Assembly (NCBI RefSeq): GCF_026210795.1 | Contig: NC_089431.1 | Coordinates: 1,054,001 to 1,118,000 of the forward strand | Source of the DNA: Rhizophagus irregularis | Lineage: Eukaryota | Reading direction: 5' to 3' | Length of the DNA stretch: 64,000 nt | In this document: positions 25,281 to 39,900 of the stretch, one piece after another | Numbering within the stretch: the stretch's first letter is position 1 | How the letters are laid out: each line of letters starts with the position of its first letter | Notes under the pieces: generated by a model | Database searches by the model: none | Seen by the model: only the letters and a program-made list of their open reading frames with translations | Told to the model about the DNA's origin: nothing | Position numbers and translations under genes: made by a program

Positions 25281-28200
25281 GATTTTAGTTTAGATGAAAT
25301 AATCGCATAAAAGATTTTTTTTATTAAATAAAGTTTTAGAAATTAAGGGGTTTTTTTCACCTATTTATATGAATTTTAATGATTTACCATGCATCGACGG
25401 GTTTAATTTGTCATTTTATGGATCATATAATAATTTGTCAACGCCAAAAAGCCATATGTACGTTTTGTGTTACCAAACCTACATATTTAAGCAGTTGTAA
25501 AGTTAATTCGAGCTTTATCAAACAATTTCTTGTCATGCCACGTGAGTAATGATTATATGATATTTACTACTTTAAGAAATTTACAATCTTAAAATTTAGC
25601 AACAAACACAACATCCATTGTAAAAAATGTCACGTACATATGTTTTAATATAGGATGCAATGAACCTTCTATTGTAGTTCATTCATTATTACTAAAAAAA
25701 AAAGAATGTTTTCATTTTAATTTAGAAATAACGAGATTGTGTGATATTTTCAAAAATTTTAATTTGTCAAAATATTTTGTTATTTTAATGTTCCTTTACA
25801 TTCTCATGTGCTTATTAAGAAAATATTTGTTTTTATGTTATCCGGTATTGATTTATTGATTTTTATGAAAAAATCTTTTTTTAATAAACAAAAAAAATTT
25901 CCGATTGGACAGATTTATATTTTTAATTCATTTTATCGATACACATACTATGACTATTAGATGACGATTTATTTATTATTATTTATAGGGTGAAATTACC
26001 ATGGTTAGAAAATCGATCTGTTGAACAACGTTACCATCATTTTTATCCCGATTTTTCCATCGGAGATCCAATATTTTCCCGTAGATTACATGATTACATC
26101 TTTTTTTTTGATTACGTAAAATAACGTAGTAACCATTAAATTATCTTTGATTTTAGGTTTGATTTATTATTTTCATAACAAAAAAGAATTGCAGGAATCT
26201 GGACCCATTTTTTTTAATGACAATTATTACAATTATTATCATTAAAAATTTCCATATAAAACAATTTAAGAATGAAATTTTATAATATTTGACTTGATTT
26301 TATAGTTTGTATTACTAATTATTAAAAGAAATACAATATGCATTATATTTACAATAAGAATTTTTTTTTACGTAAGTACTTTGTCATCATCTTGAAATAA
26401 ACAATACTGTTATATTTTATTAATAGTATTTTCTAAAAAGTAATAAATATTTTTTTTATTTTATTTTAATTTATAGAATTGGGGTATATTTTTTTTTTAA
26501 ACGATATACTGTATATAAATAATATGATATAATTGGGTAAAATTACATTTCTAATTTTAGGTATACAAAATTTTTTTTAAAATCAATAAATATGTATTAA
26601 AAATATTAAAATTAGAAACAAGGGGTTAAGTTGATCTATCGAAGAATTTTGCGTATCATTAATTTACACCAATTGAAGATAAATTAAATTATTAAAAAAT
26701 TTTTGGATTTGAAAAATGATTGGATTTCATTAAATATATAAATATTTGTTATTTTTATAATTCATGTGTCGGACCATAAGCGGATAAAAACAATATAACT
26801 ACGTAATACAAGTTTCTCAACAAATATTTCTGAGAAAGGTATATTTTTTACGTTAATATTAAAAGTAAAAAATTTATCTTATGTTAGAAAATTTGAAATT
26901 TTTTTTTTTTTAATAAAATAAAATTAAATAAGGTAACAAACCCAAAAAATCATGCGAAGAAATATATTTTGTATATCAAATCTCCGAAGAGATATGATGG
27001 AACGGTCTAGACTAATGTTAATCAGCAAATATATTGTCACGTTCACTCGACATGTGACATTTGCACGATATAATGATTGTTACTCTATGTATACTAATTA
27101 TAATTAATTTATAATCTTCCCAAAAAAGAAATATGTGTGACCTTGACTTAAATGTTTAAATCACATTAACGAAAGTTCATCGAGAATAATTAATATTTCG
27201 ATTAATTAAGTAATATTAATTGTTTCTTTAAATTTTAAATTAGAATTACGAAAAATTTTTTTAATGAAATTACCCTTAAATTTATTCAACTATAATAATA
27301 ATATTTATGCTTGTATCAAAAACGTTTTGTTGGTATTATCAAAGTGCAAGAGGTTTGCAAGAAGGCCAGATATGAATTCATTCTTGCAGGGATTGACTAT
27401 CGTAGGCCCTTACATCAAGATTTATAAGCATTGGAAGAATTTTTATTTTTATACTTGGATATATTGTATTATAACGCAAAATGTTATTTGTGAATTACAT
27501 AGTCAATAGCATGAAATCATTGAATTGCAGATGCTATCTTATTTTATTTATTAAGAAATATTACAATTAATAAATATTTCGCTATTATTAATACATTTGC
27601 AATAAGTTATTTATTTCAAAAATGTAAACATTGTTATTAAAAGGTCGTGGTTGTTATTGTCGTTATTGTTGTTATTTAGACAATTGTGCCGTCCATCCTG
27701 TGTATTTGAACAAAGACTAAATATAACTTATTAGTAAATAGAGCTGTTTTATGAACTTTCTAACTAAGACGTATTCAGATACTTATTTTTTCGTCGATTA
27801 TTTTTTTTATTAACATCACGCTCCTAAATTTCATTTTATTTTTTTTTCGCTTATTGTCCAGAGTAAAGCGAAGGACTATATATGTCTACGCACTATGATG
27901 ATCTATGGAAATAACGTGTAAATTTTCAATCACGTGAGTTTCTCTGTCCAGGAATTCCAAGGCGTTATGCTGCTAATCAGCAGAAAATTACCGGAATTCC
28001 AAGGCGTTATGCTGCTAATTAGTAGAATATCGCTAAATCTTTATTTATTATACCTCGCTCCGGACTTACAACGGTTCCCGTTTCCTAGTTTTAAAATATT
28101 ATTATTATAATCGTTAAAAAAAAGTAATATGTGAAAAAATGACCGACAGTTGCATATGATTGGAAAAATAACCAAATCAGGTTAGGTGAGATAATACAAT

Positions 28201-31050
28201 ATTTGATATTATTAATTTAGAATTACATCATGCCATAAAGAAAAAACTGATCGACATTGGCACATCTCGCACATCCTGTTTTTTTTTGTTACGAGTATAA
28301 TATAAATAGAATGATGATCTATTGATCTTTCAATTAGCAAAAAAAAAAAAAAGAGAACCACAAAAGAAGTCGTTAAATAGTTTAAACACTACTTTTATCA
28401 AACCAGATAAGCCTACATAAATTTTATACTACAATATTGCTTGAATTATATTCTTTGAAAATGCTGTCCAGAATTTTCTTGATAATAATTATCATTTTAC
28501 TTTCAACCGTTAATTTTATCTATTTATAATTAGTAAGATACTGTATACTGTATATATAACAACCTTTCAATAACTTTTTATTTTGAAGATTAAAATAATT
28601 TATAAATTCATATCTAATCTCCTAATACTGATAAATTTAGTCAGTAACGTTACTGTCGTGTTTGTGTGCTGAAACATGTTTTAAAATCTATTTTAAACAT
28701 TAGGCTTAATTTAGACATTATTTATACAATAAAAAAAACCTAAATATAATGGTAATGTCACTCTACCAATTGATTCACCATCCTAAAAAAGAAGAGGGCG
28801 GTCATTAATAATGAATTGAAAAAAGCGCATAAAATATAAATATGCAAACACAATATAACGGAATGAATCAAAATCGAATAAGTCTTGATTGACCGGAAAT
28901 ATAATATCAGTCTCAGTATTGCTCATCTTGTTTTTTAAAAATGAAATTATTTTTTAAGCAAATTACTACTATATCAGAAGAAACTATTGACGATTGGCGT
29001 TGAAGATTTGTTTTGTTCTACATAATTCTAATCTAAGAGTATTAGTTAACTTCGTTTCAAGGCCATAGAATGACTTGCAAGTTAATGAACGTGTGCAAGG
29101 TTTATCAATAAGTTACCTCGCATTGTATGCCCAAATCAATTCCTAGTTTGAAAAAATAAAAGTATTTTTTAAATTTCCAATTAAAATAATTAAAATTTAA
29201 AAAAGCTAAATACTTCCATTTCTCGCAACTTTTATTACGTCTTGTAACTTTCTTTTCCCTCTTCAAATTTTTGTTTTTTCTCAGGAAATGTTTCAGCAGC
29301 TGTTGGATAATTAGGCCTTTTTTTCTAAAATATTTCAAAAAGAGTAAAAAGATAAAATACAGTACGTATATAATTATTTTCACGCAGTTAGAAAATTTAA
29401 TTTGAATGATAACAAACATACGAGTTTTCTCATTTTTGACTGTAAATAGAAATAAATTAAAAATTTTAAAATTAAAATTTTTCAAACATTATACTGTACT
29501 TTGTCTTTATCTCATTTCATTTTATTTCATAGAATATCAGATATACTTTAACGAATATGATATGATTTTATATGTTCTGATTTATCTGATAAAGAAAGTA
29601 ATAGTGAAAATAAATGTATAAAAAACTCTCTAAAAAGAAAATGAAACCATTTTTGTCTAATACATATTTAAGCCTTTAGTGTACAGTTGACCTCACACCC
29701 AGATATAATCACACCCTCCTTATAAGCATATTTATGTTAACCCCAAGTTACTAATAAACTTATTAAAAAACCCCTCTTTAGTCATGTACACCATATAGTA
29801 TTTTTATAATCACACCATATTTTTTGGTCCCAAGGGTGTATCTATATGATTAACCATTTTTGGTATTTACTGGAAAAACAATAAAATCTTTTTCTCGAAA
29901 CATTTAAAATAAAATACATAAATTTCAATATACTTACAGTAAATCTTGTGATTATGAAAAGAAAAAAAAGTATCAAAAAAGTTTATATTAACTTAATATG
30001 GTGTTCAGGTAAAACAATTAATTTATATTAAAGCATTCTCATCTTTTAAACGAAAATTAGAATAAAAGTTGGTTGACATATTTTAAGAAAGAGCAATTTG
30101 ATCTTTCCTTCAGGTTTCAGTTCTTGTAGAAAGGCAGGTGTTTTTTACTTTTTGATTCTTTTTTGGTTTCCTTTCCGTTATCTTTGCTGATTATATTTTC
30201 TCTTCTTTTTTTTAGATTTTTGGTAAGACCGGTGTTTCTCTTTTTCATTTTTACGTGGTTTCTTCATTCTAATTTTATCCTTCCTTTAGGTTCGTTCTTG
30301 GTTCCTTGTGGCTCTTCGTAAAAGGCAGGTGTTATATATCTTTTTTTTTTGTTTTTTTTTCGTTCATTCTCCTTTGCTAATTTCATCCACTTTTTATTTA
30401 GGTATTCAATTCTTTGCAGTTTTTTATAGGTGAGCAATGGCTTAGAATCATTCTTTTTGCTTCTTTCATTCTTCATTCCTTGCTAATTTCATTCTTCTTT
30501 CCTTTAGGTTTTCAGTTCTTGCTGCTCTTCGCGAAAAGGTATATATTTAGAAAAGTTTTTTTGCTTTTTTTTTCTAATTTCATCCTTTTTTCTTCAGGTA
30601 TTCTGTTCTTTCCGAGCAAGAAAATTTCATAATGCAGAACAATTTGGGGAAGATAGAGATAAAGGGAAGTTTAAGGCGGATGACAAATCAGTAAAAAAAT
30701 AGTGGAAGTTATAAATGATTTGAGATCAGGAAATCAATCAACTCCTACGCAACAAAGTATCAATATGGGATCGGAGGAGAGAGTCACAAGAACAGTCTTA
30801 GGTATATGTAAAGGATAAGATAATATGATTAATGAAGAAGGTAAACTGAGGGAAGATAAATTAATATTTTTTCTTTTATTTTACGTGTATTATTGTTTGT
30901 AGTTTAAAAGGTTAATAGATTAGTTAGGTTAATAGTTTTAAATTAGACTTAGGTGAAATCCACAAAAAGTAGGGAATTAAAATAAAAAAAATAAAACTAA
31001 AATAAAATAAAGATAAATTTTACAATTAAGTTGCGAAGTTGTTGCCGCAG

Positions 31051-33266
31051 TTTTTTTTTTTTTTTATTTCAGTAGAGAGAAGAAATTTACATATAATTTT
31101 TATAGAAGCAAACACTACGAATAGCGAAACTAACTATAGTGACGTATAACATTCCATATTTTTAACAGAACCTTCTCTCCCAATTAAGAACTACTCCAAC
31201 AATAAAACTACACTATTGCTGAAGCTAGAAACATAGAAACAAAATAAAAAAAAATAAAAAATAACGCACTGGGGAAGGGAATATGACCAAAATAGGAATA
31301 ATAAAAAGGGGGGAAGGAAAAAAAGCTAAAGCTAAAAAAAAATCTTAAGGACCGCACTACATCTACCTACTATTACAACTATACTACTCCTTTAAATTCA
31401 CCCAATGACATCTAATGCTCCTACCGGGTCGGATTCAGTCAGGTTTGGAGAATATATCTGACTCGACCCGGCAAAAATAGAAATGATCCAATTTTAACCT
31501 GACCCGAGTATATTTAATTCGAATAACCCGGGTTAAACCCGAAATTTTAGTAATTTTCATTGCTGTATGCTTAGTAATATATCAAAAATATTTTTTCAAA
31601 CGTAATTTTTTCAATAACGCAAGGTAATTGATCTAAAAGATGATCATATAGGTCACACAACTTTTTATTATTAAAACTAAAGCTAAGCACGAATTTAAAG
31701 ATATCTTCAATTCCTGTTTATTTATTGCTTTATATTTGAACTATAAAATCGAAATTGTATCACTTGCTTTAACAGAAATTTGACTATATTTTATGTCTGC
31801 ATGCTCTAATTGTATCTGCTTTAAGACTACATCTTTTTGCAGCTATCAAATCGGTTCCACCGGCAAATACTTTTTCTACTGGAATGCTGGTTGCTTTATT
31901 AATTATCAAAATCAACTTATTAGCTAATGTAATATTAATAATTAATAATAACAATTCATATACATATCTGTAATTGCAAGGTGTCTCTAGCAATTTTTGC
32001 TATACTACCTCATTCATCTAACAAATTATATAAAATTAATCAATATTAACGTGTACTAATCAATATGTGATTAGTGATTTTAATGATCATTCGGGTCTAA
32101 TTCGAGTCAAAACCTGAGTCAAGGAAATGAATAACCTGACCCGACGGGTCAGGTCATGCGGGTCATAGGTTATTAAAATTGTTAGTACCAACCCGATTTA
32201 AAATTCACTTAGGTTGAATTATCCAGGTTAGACCTGAATTTTGCGGAGCACTAATGACATCAACGTGGGAACCTATAATTGAATTAAAGAAAAAAGCTGC
32301 ATGAAGTTAGTATCTTGTCGTACATGTATCAGAGGCACTTCATTTTTCTATTCTAAGGATTTTGCTTGAAATATAGGAGAGGAGATTCAGTATTAATTTC
32401 AATAAAGACCTCGTATCGTCATTCATTTTCGTGTGCTGCTTGGATTTATCATGGGATTTATTCGAAGAGGTAGATCCCTTAGGTTCTGCCTTCTTCCCTT
32501 TAAGGGATTTCAAGTTTTTCTTTTTGTCCTTATTGGACTTGGTACGTTTAGTATGGGGAGGATGTAATTCGGTCATTTTCCAAGTCTGTGGAACTTCCAT
32601 GGCTGCATGTAGGTCTTTCTGAGACTCAAAATACATAATCACTTTTCTTTGTCCTTTATCCATAATGTGAGTACAAGATTTTGCTTTAAGTTTCTTTAGC
32701 ACAGCTTTGCAAGTATTTAGACCAAGATAACCCTGCACGAAGTCACCAAAAGTTTGCCCTTTGTAGTAATTTTTAAAATCGCATTCAGGGGTATCTGATG
32801 GGATAGTTATTTTAGCTTGGAAGCATTCATGTTCTTTACGTCTTTAAGTTTCCAATGTTCCAGATACCAACGCATGCTCACATCATCTAATTTTTGCCAC
32901 CAAATTCTCATAACAAAATTGGTGTCGATGAGTGGGCGGAGTATTATTTTAGTCCAAACAGATTGGTACTTATGCCATGGCTTGAAAGAAATTTTTAGCC
33001 CCATGATGAGAGTTTATTCAGGATTACATCGTGTGACCAGGCCATTGGTATATCGTATATCATGATAGTTCGCACTTGACCTTGTCGTGAATCATGTACA
33101 ATGTTATTGTTGAGTGTTAATCTTGTGACCTTACTCTTTTTATTTTTCTCTTCCAATTGTGTTATGTCATTCGGAGAAGCAGTACCAATAGAAGTAGTTG
33201 TAGATGATGTGCTTTGTATAGATCTGAGATTACCTTCCTGATTTGGTTGAGAAGCGGCGATATTCG
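31051..33266 (-). mobile_element. Non-LTR (LINE-like) retroposed insertion with poly(A) tail and 13-bp TSD; degenerate ORF1-like coding, no RT seen
   Basis: GTTGTTGCCGCAG at 31038-31050 and 33267-33279; T15 at 31051; broken ORF pieces at 32340-33004. Confidence 0.75.
31413..32253 (-). mobile_element. Internally deleted hAT transposon with 8-bp TSD
   Basis: TIR TAATGCTCC/GGAGCACTA; TSD ATGACATC at 31405-31412 and 32254-32261; remnant ATSIPVEKVFAGGTDLIAAKRCSL (hAT C-terminal dimerization domain); ACCCG subterminal motifs. Confidence 0.9.
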
Positions 33267-33499
33267 GTTGTTGCCGCAGTATATTTTTATTTTAAAAAAA
33301 CTTTTCAAAATTAAGCATTATGTGATCGTAAGAAAAATTCAGATGAATTTTTCTTAATTTACAATTATAAGTTGCCACAGAAGCTTATATAGTATATAAA
33401 AAATAATTAACAATTTACCAAGATACAACTATGTGATAAATGCTAATAATTTACCATAAAAATACATTTTTTTAAATACTAAGCTAATTTGAATTTTTA

Positions 33500-34060
33500 T
33501 ATTTTATCCATACTTTTAAACACATAACTTTTCAAATTGTTTCTGGATCTAAGCTGCATCATCTTTGTGTAATGAGATCTGTGCCATTGGAAAATACTTA
33601 TTCAACTGGAACACTTGTACCTATTTAAAATAGCAAATTAATAATTATATTGTAAATTATTATTAAATAATTAAAGTTAAAATATACCAGGAATTGCTAA
33701 AAAATCTCTAGCTACTTTTGACAAATTTGAAAATTTATTTTCATGAATCTATAAAAAAATTAAAAATTTAATATTTGATATAAACTTCCAAATAACTGAT
33801 ATAATAAATAATATCATGTATTTGTTATTTACCTTCCAAAATGCTAAAATATCCATGTCAAAATTTGCCAGTGGTTTATTAAGATATGCTTCAATTTCAT
33901 AAGAATAAGAAGTTTTTTGCTTCTTAAACATATGAGCTGCAAGAGAATTTTGATTAATATTTTGATTATTATTTTCATTATCTTCGTGCTTATATTTGGT
34001 TACCCATAATTCTTTATATTATTACATATAAAATCAAATTAGTCTTCTTCAAATTTATTA
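33500..34060 (-). pseudogene. hAT transposase C-terminal remnant with two introns and several stops
   Basis: EIEAYL...DILAFWK|IHENKFSNLSKVARDFLAIP|GTSVPVE*VFSNGTDLITQR*CSL. Confidence 0.75.
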
Positions 34061-34347
34061 TCAATTATAAGTATATATGAATCTTAACAGAATGGATTGG
34101 TAAGTTTTGAAGTTTCACTTCACTTTCAAAACTTTTTTTAAAATTTTTTTAAATTAATTTTTTTATTAATACTTTTTTTATCTTTTTATTTTTATTGTCA
34201 GGTTGTACTTCCTGGACAAAGTTTTGAAGAATAACTTCAAAACTTTTTAATATAAAAATTGTAAGTTTCGTTGCAAAGCCTACTGTCTTTTTTTTCATTT
34301 TCTTTAACAGTTGTTACTTTTAATAATAGAAAAATTTAGCTAATATT

Positions 34348-34873
34348 TACATCAGGAAATTTGTTTAGGCGTAATTTAGTGTAATATTTCGAAGGTGGTG
34401 TAAAATTTCGAAATATTACACTAAAAACGTAATATTACAAAAGTTTACGCTCTTAAATTTGAATAATTATAGTAATTTAAGAATATCTCGCTATTCACTG
34501 ATCCAATCAAGACGATCTATAGCTCATTGGAATCAGCTCATCAAGACGGATCGAATGGTAGTAAAATCGCATTTCTACAGTTGATAGAACGCTCTATAGT
34601 ATGCAGTAAAGTTTTAAATTAATAGAAAATCATCTATCGAACATAAAGATACGATTTTACTACCATTCGATTCGTCTTGATGAGCTGATTCCAATGAGCT
34701 ATAGATCGTCTTGATTGGATCAGTAGATAGCGAGATATTCTTAAATTACTATAATTATTCAAATTTAAGAGCGTAAACTTTTGTAATATTACGTTTTTAG
34801 TGTAATATTTCGAAATTTTACATCACCTTCGAAATATTACACTAAATTACGCCTAAACAAATTTCCTGATGTA
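34348..34873. mobile_element. Foldback MITE, ~525 bp, with ~225-bp near-perfect inverted arms
   Basis: TACATCAGGAAATTTGTTTAGGCG ... CGCCTAAACAAATTTCCTGATGTA; few mismatches between arms. Confidence 0.9.
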
Positions 34874-36997
34874 GTAGACTTAGTATATAGATTGTTATAG
34901 TGTATTTTAATAAAATAAATTCAATAATATTTAACATTGTCATATTAACATAATTTATATAAATTTGATATAATGTTTATTGTCTTTAAAATAATGTACA
35001 TCGTTAATGTACATTAAAATTAAGTAATGCACATTGAATGTTGTGACATCAATTGTACATTAATATGAAGCCTGAAAGAAAATTTGAAATTCTTTGTGAA
35101 GCTTTGAACCAGATTAAGTATTTTAACAATTGTCTTTTATTACTTGTTCATTTATATTATTTGGATAGATTTTTGGAAAAAGAGACTGAGTTTAGTATGC
35201 AGCACAGTTACTTATTACTTTGTGTGACAGTTAACTGCATATTACAGACCCTCTGCTACTAGGATTTTTTATATTTTTGAAATTCCAGGAGCTAGACAAA
35301 TTATGAGAACTACGAAAACCAACATAACATTGTTAAGAGAACTTAACATTCAAGAATATCAAGGTTTAGTTCTACGAGCTTCAGAAATTTTCAATAGAGT
35401 TAAATATTCAGGAGAGAATGATGTCATGTGATTATTATGTGCCACTCCGAAATTGATCAATATTGCAAATGTTTAACATGATTAACATGTTGAACATAAT
35501 TAATATGTTGAACATGATTAATATGTCCAACCTAATTAACATGTTGAACATGATCATATTGAACATGCTAGTTATATTATAGTAGATATATTAAATATGT
35601 TGAATTTATTAGTATATGTATAATTTATTATAAATATAGGTCAAATTTCTTGTAGTAATGTTAGGGAATAAATAAAGTTTTTATTTAAAGATAAATTGAT
35701 AATTTTTATCAAGTGAAATCCTTTATTCGTGTTTAGAAGTATATGCCAACGTATAGTGCTATACAACACATCTAATTGGATAATTTTGATATAATATATT
35801 ATTGAGTATATTATTTGTCTATACACTACATAAACCTTCTGCTACCTAACCACATAAATTGCTTAATAATTTTAAACGTAAAGAACTGATATAACAGTAA
35901 ATCACATGATACATAAGGCTTTTTCCGATATTAAAAAATGAATAAAATAAATTGGCAGATTTATCACTAAATAATATTTAATACATCTAAGAAATATCTT
36001 AGATTAATTTTCACTACTAATTCTCAATGTTATTTACCACCTATTCACTACCTATTTACCACCTATTTAATAGCATTTTACAACTTCGTAAAGATACCAT
36101 GTCATTATATGTTGGTTAGAAAATTTGAGTGAGTGTAATCATTAATAATTATTGTAATTATAAATTTACTGTAATCATTTATTTTAACATTACGTTAATG
36201 TTCAATTTATATTTCAGAACATTTTGGTGTTCAGTTCAGTGAATCAGGTAAAATAAGTAATTTATTATTTTATTAATAATTTCTCATCTAAGTGATTCAT
36301 TTTATAAATTTATTATTAGTTTTTTTATCTGAATAAATATTTAAATGAAATGCTTTTTTTCTCTAAGACTTATCTTTAATTATTTTGAGGTAGGATTTAG
36401 AAAAAATCATATATTTTTTTTCATTGAAACAGAACCTGCAATAGTATTCGCCAGTAACCATCCAGAAAAATATTAGTTCATTTATCATCTTAAAAATTTT
36501 TTTTTTATTTCTTTATAAGTTTAATAGTATAAAAAATTTTACATTATTTATTTTTGATTTTATACATTGAAAATGGTTTTATATACTTGTTATTATTTTG
36601 ATAATTTATATTTAATAATTGAAAGTTATAAATAAAAAAGAATTATTTAAAAAAACATATTCCTTATTTAAATTACAAAGAAATATTTACTACTCTAGTT
36701 TTAGCAAATAATTATTAAAAAGAATACAATATTTAATATTTGGATAAAATATAAAAAAAGGAATTATTTAAATTACATACTAAGAATCTTGTAGAATATT
36801 TTACTAGTATTCTAACCTTAGTGTTTAAATAAATCCAAAAAGAATAAAATAAAGAACAATCTTTGTTGAATGTATGACATCAAGTATAAAAACTATAAAT
36901 CTTTTTTTAAAAACATAAACAATTAGTTAATTTTCATATGTTTTAATATATAAATAATTAAACAAATAAAGTTAATTAATTTTCAAGATTAATCTTT

Positions 36998-39900
36998 TTA
37001 TATATCATAGCACATACCTAATGATCCCAAATCTTTAATTACACAATCATTCAAATCTGAATGACTTGCATGATATGCTTGTGAATCTTCAAAAATATCA
37101 TTCAATGTTTTACTAGTAAAATCAAGTAAGCGACTTGTATAACATGCTTTGGGATGAGATTTAGTAGCAAGATTGTTATGTACAATTGGTGCATTTATAA
37201 ATTCCATAATGTTGCTTTTTATTTCCCCACTGACATCATAAATTTCATAAGAACGGAAAATCCATTTTTCAATAATTTTTAATACTTCTTTAGAAGATGG
37301 TCTTTTTAATGGATCCTCATTCCAACATTTTTTCATTAAATCTACATAACATTGTGGAGTATTTTCAATAATTTTAGGACGTTCACCTTTACAAATACTT
37401 AAACTAAGTTGAATATCATGTGCTCTATCATTAAATGGTGATACTCCAGATGTAAGTTCCCACATAATCATAGAAAAACTATATATATCACTAGCTGAAG
37501 TATAAGATTTGCCTCTTAAAACTTCAGGAGCCATGAATGGTATAACACCATAAATATCATACTTACTCAATAACGATTTTACAGGTTGACATAATCCTAA
37601 ATCACTAATATAAATTTTATCCTTATTCTCATCATTATGATTTAAAATATTGCCATCATGAAAATCACAATGAATAAGATTCTTTCCATGCATCTCACTA
37701 AGTCCAGAAATAATTTCGTACAACATATATAATTTTTGATTCCAATTATTTTCAACTATTCTTGTTAAATTTTCTCTTAAATTACCCTTATTTGCATAAT
37801 CCATTACTACCATATATTTTGAAGTGTTTGGATCTTTTGTAAATCCATAAAAATATATAATATCATTCGAACTTAAAACACTTGTATGATATTCCCACTA
37901 TAAAAAATAATAATAATTTATTAATATAAATAAATCTTAATTTAAATTAAAAATAGAAAATAATATACTATCATACTTCTTTTAAAAATTCATTTAAATT
38001 TTCATTTAAGTTCTTATGGCATTTAAGAACTACTTCTTTATCTTTATTATTCTTTGACCAAGTAGCTTTATATACAGTACCGAATCCCCCTTCATTAAGA
38101 TATTCAATGTCTTTAAATTTGTCATAAGGAATCCATTTTAATCCATTTTTAAGAACAAAATCATCTATAGTTGCATTTTCACTTTTTCCAAATCTATAAA
38201 TTTAAATAGTTAAAATTATATTATTGCTTGTATTATAATTACACTAAAATAAATTATTACTTACTCTAAAATTTAAATAAGAATTTAATGTAATATAAAT
38301 CTTAGTTTTTGGATAAATAAATATAATAGCCTATAATTTACAACTTACCAACTAAAGTAACAGTTATTTTTTAAATGAAAAAATTCAGTTAACAAATAAA
38401 ATTATATTAAATATACACTAGAAATATAAATATCTTACAAGCTATATCATAAATAATTTTTAAATAAAGAAAGTTAATTTAAATTATATGCAAAAATTAA
38501 ATAAATAAGTAATAATAGACTTAAATAAAAAACTTACTTTCTATATTATTTAATAATAATTTTTTATATAAAGAAATTAGTTAGTTTAAATTATATGTAA
38601 ATATTATATAAATAAATAATAATAGAATTAAATAAATAACTTACTCTCTATATCATTTAATAATTTTTTAAATAAAGAATTTAATTGGTTTAAATTATAT
38701 GTAAATATCATATAAGTAAGTAATAATAGAATTAAATAAATAACTTACTCCCTACATTATTAATAATTTTTTAAATAAAGAAATTGGTTAGTTTAAATTA
38801 TATGTAAATATCATATAAATAAGTAATAATAGAGTTAAATAAATAACTTATAACTTACGATCTATTAAATAAGAAATTAGTTAATTTAAATTATATGTAA
38901 ATATTATAACAATAAGTAATAAATAAATAACTTTGACTTACTAACTAAAATAAATTACAAAACAAATTTTTAAATAAAGAAATTAGTTTGAATTATATAT
39001 AAATATTATAAAATAATAAAAATAAATAAATAACTGATGACTTACCAGCTAAAATAAATCACAAAATAATTTTTTATATAAAGAAAATAATTAGTTTAAA
39101 TTATATGTAAATAAGTTATGATAGAATTAAATAAATAACTTATAACTTACGATCTATTAAATAAAGAAATTAATTAGTTTAAATTATGTAAATATTATAT
39201 AAATAAATAATAATAGAATTAAATAACTTATAACTTACCAACTAAAATAAATTACAAAATAATTTTTTAAATAAAGAAATTAGTTATTTTAAATAATATG
39301 TAAATAAATAATAATAGAATTAAATAAATAACTTACACCCTATATTATATTAGTTAGTAGTTTAAATAACATGTAAATATTATATAAATAAATAATAATA
39401 GAATTAAATAAATAACTTATAACTTACGATCTATTAAATAAAGAAATTAATTAGTTTAAATTATATGCAAATATTATATAAATAAGTATTAATAGAATTA
39501 AATAAATAACTTATAAGTTATAACTTACCAACTAAAATAAATTACAAAATAATTTTTTAAATAAAGAAATTAATTAGTTTAAATTATATGTAATTATTAT
39601 ACAAATAAATAATAATAGAATTACTAAATAAATGCTTACGCCCTAGTATATTATTAAATAATTTTTTAAATAAAGAATTTGGTTAGTTTAAATTATATGT
39701 AAATAAGTAATGATAGAATTAAATAAATAACATATAACTTACAAACTTAAAGAAATTGCAAGATAATTTTTTGAATAAAGAATTTAGTTAGTTTAAATTA
39801 TATGCAAATATTATATAAATAAATAATAATAGAATTAAATAACTCATAACTTACCAACTTAAAGAAATTACAAAATAATTTTAAATAAAGGATTTAGTTA

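Noticed and set aside
27951..28019. Two 27-bp direct repeats GGAATTCCAAGGCGTTATGCTGCTAAT
   Set aside because: A simple local tandem duplication with no further structure.
38243..38265. 23-nt exon or two consecutive 1-nt exons linking the phase-0 reading to the kinase
   Set aside because: The 23-nt version has an in-frame TAA, and a 21-nt intron is too short to splice.
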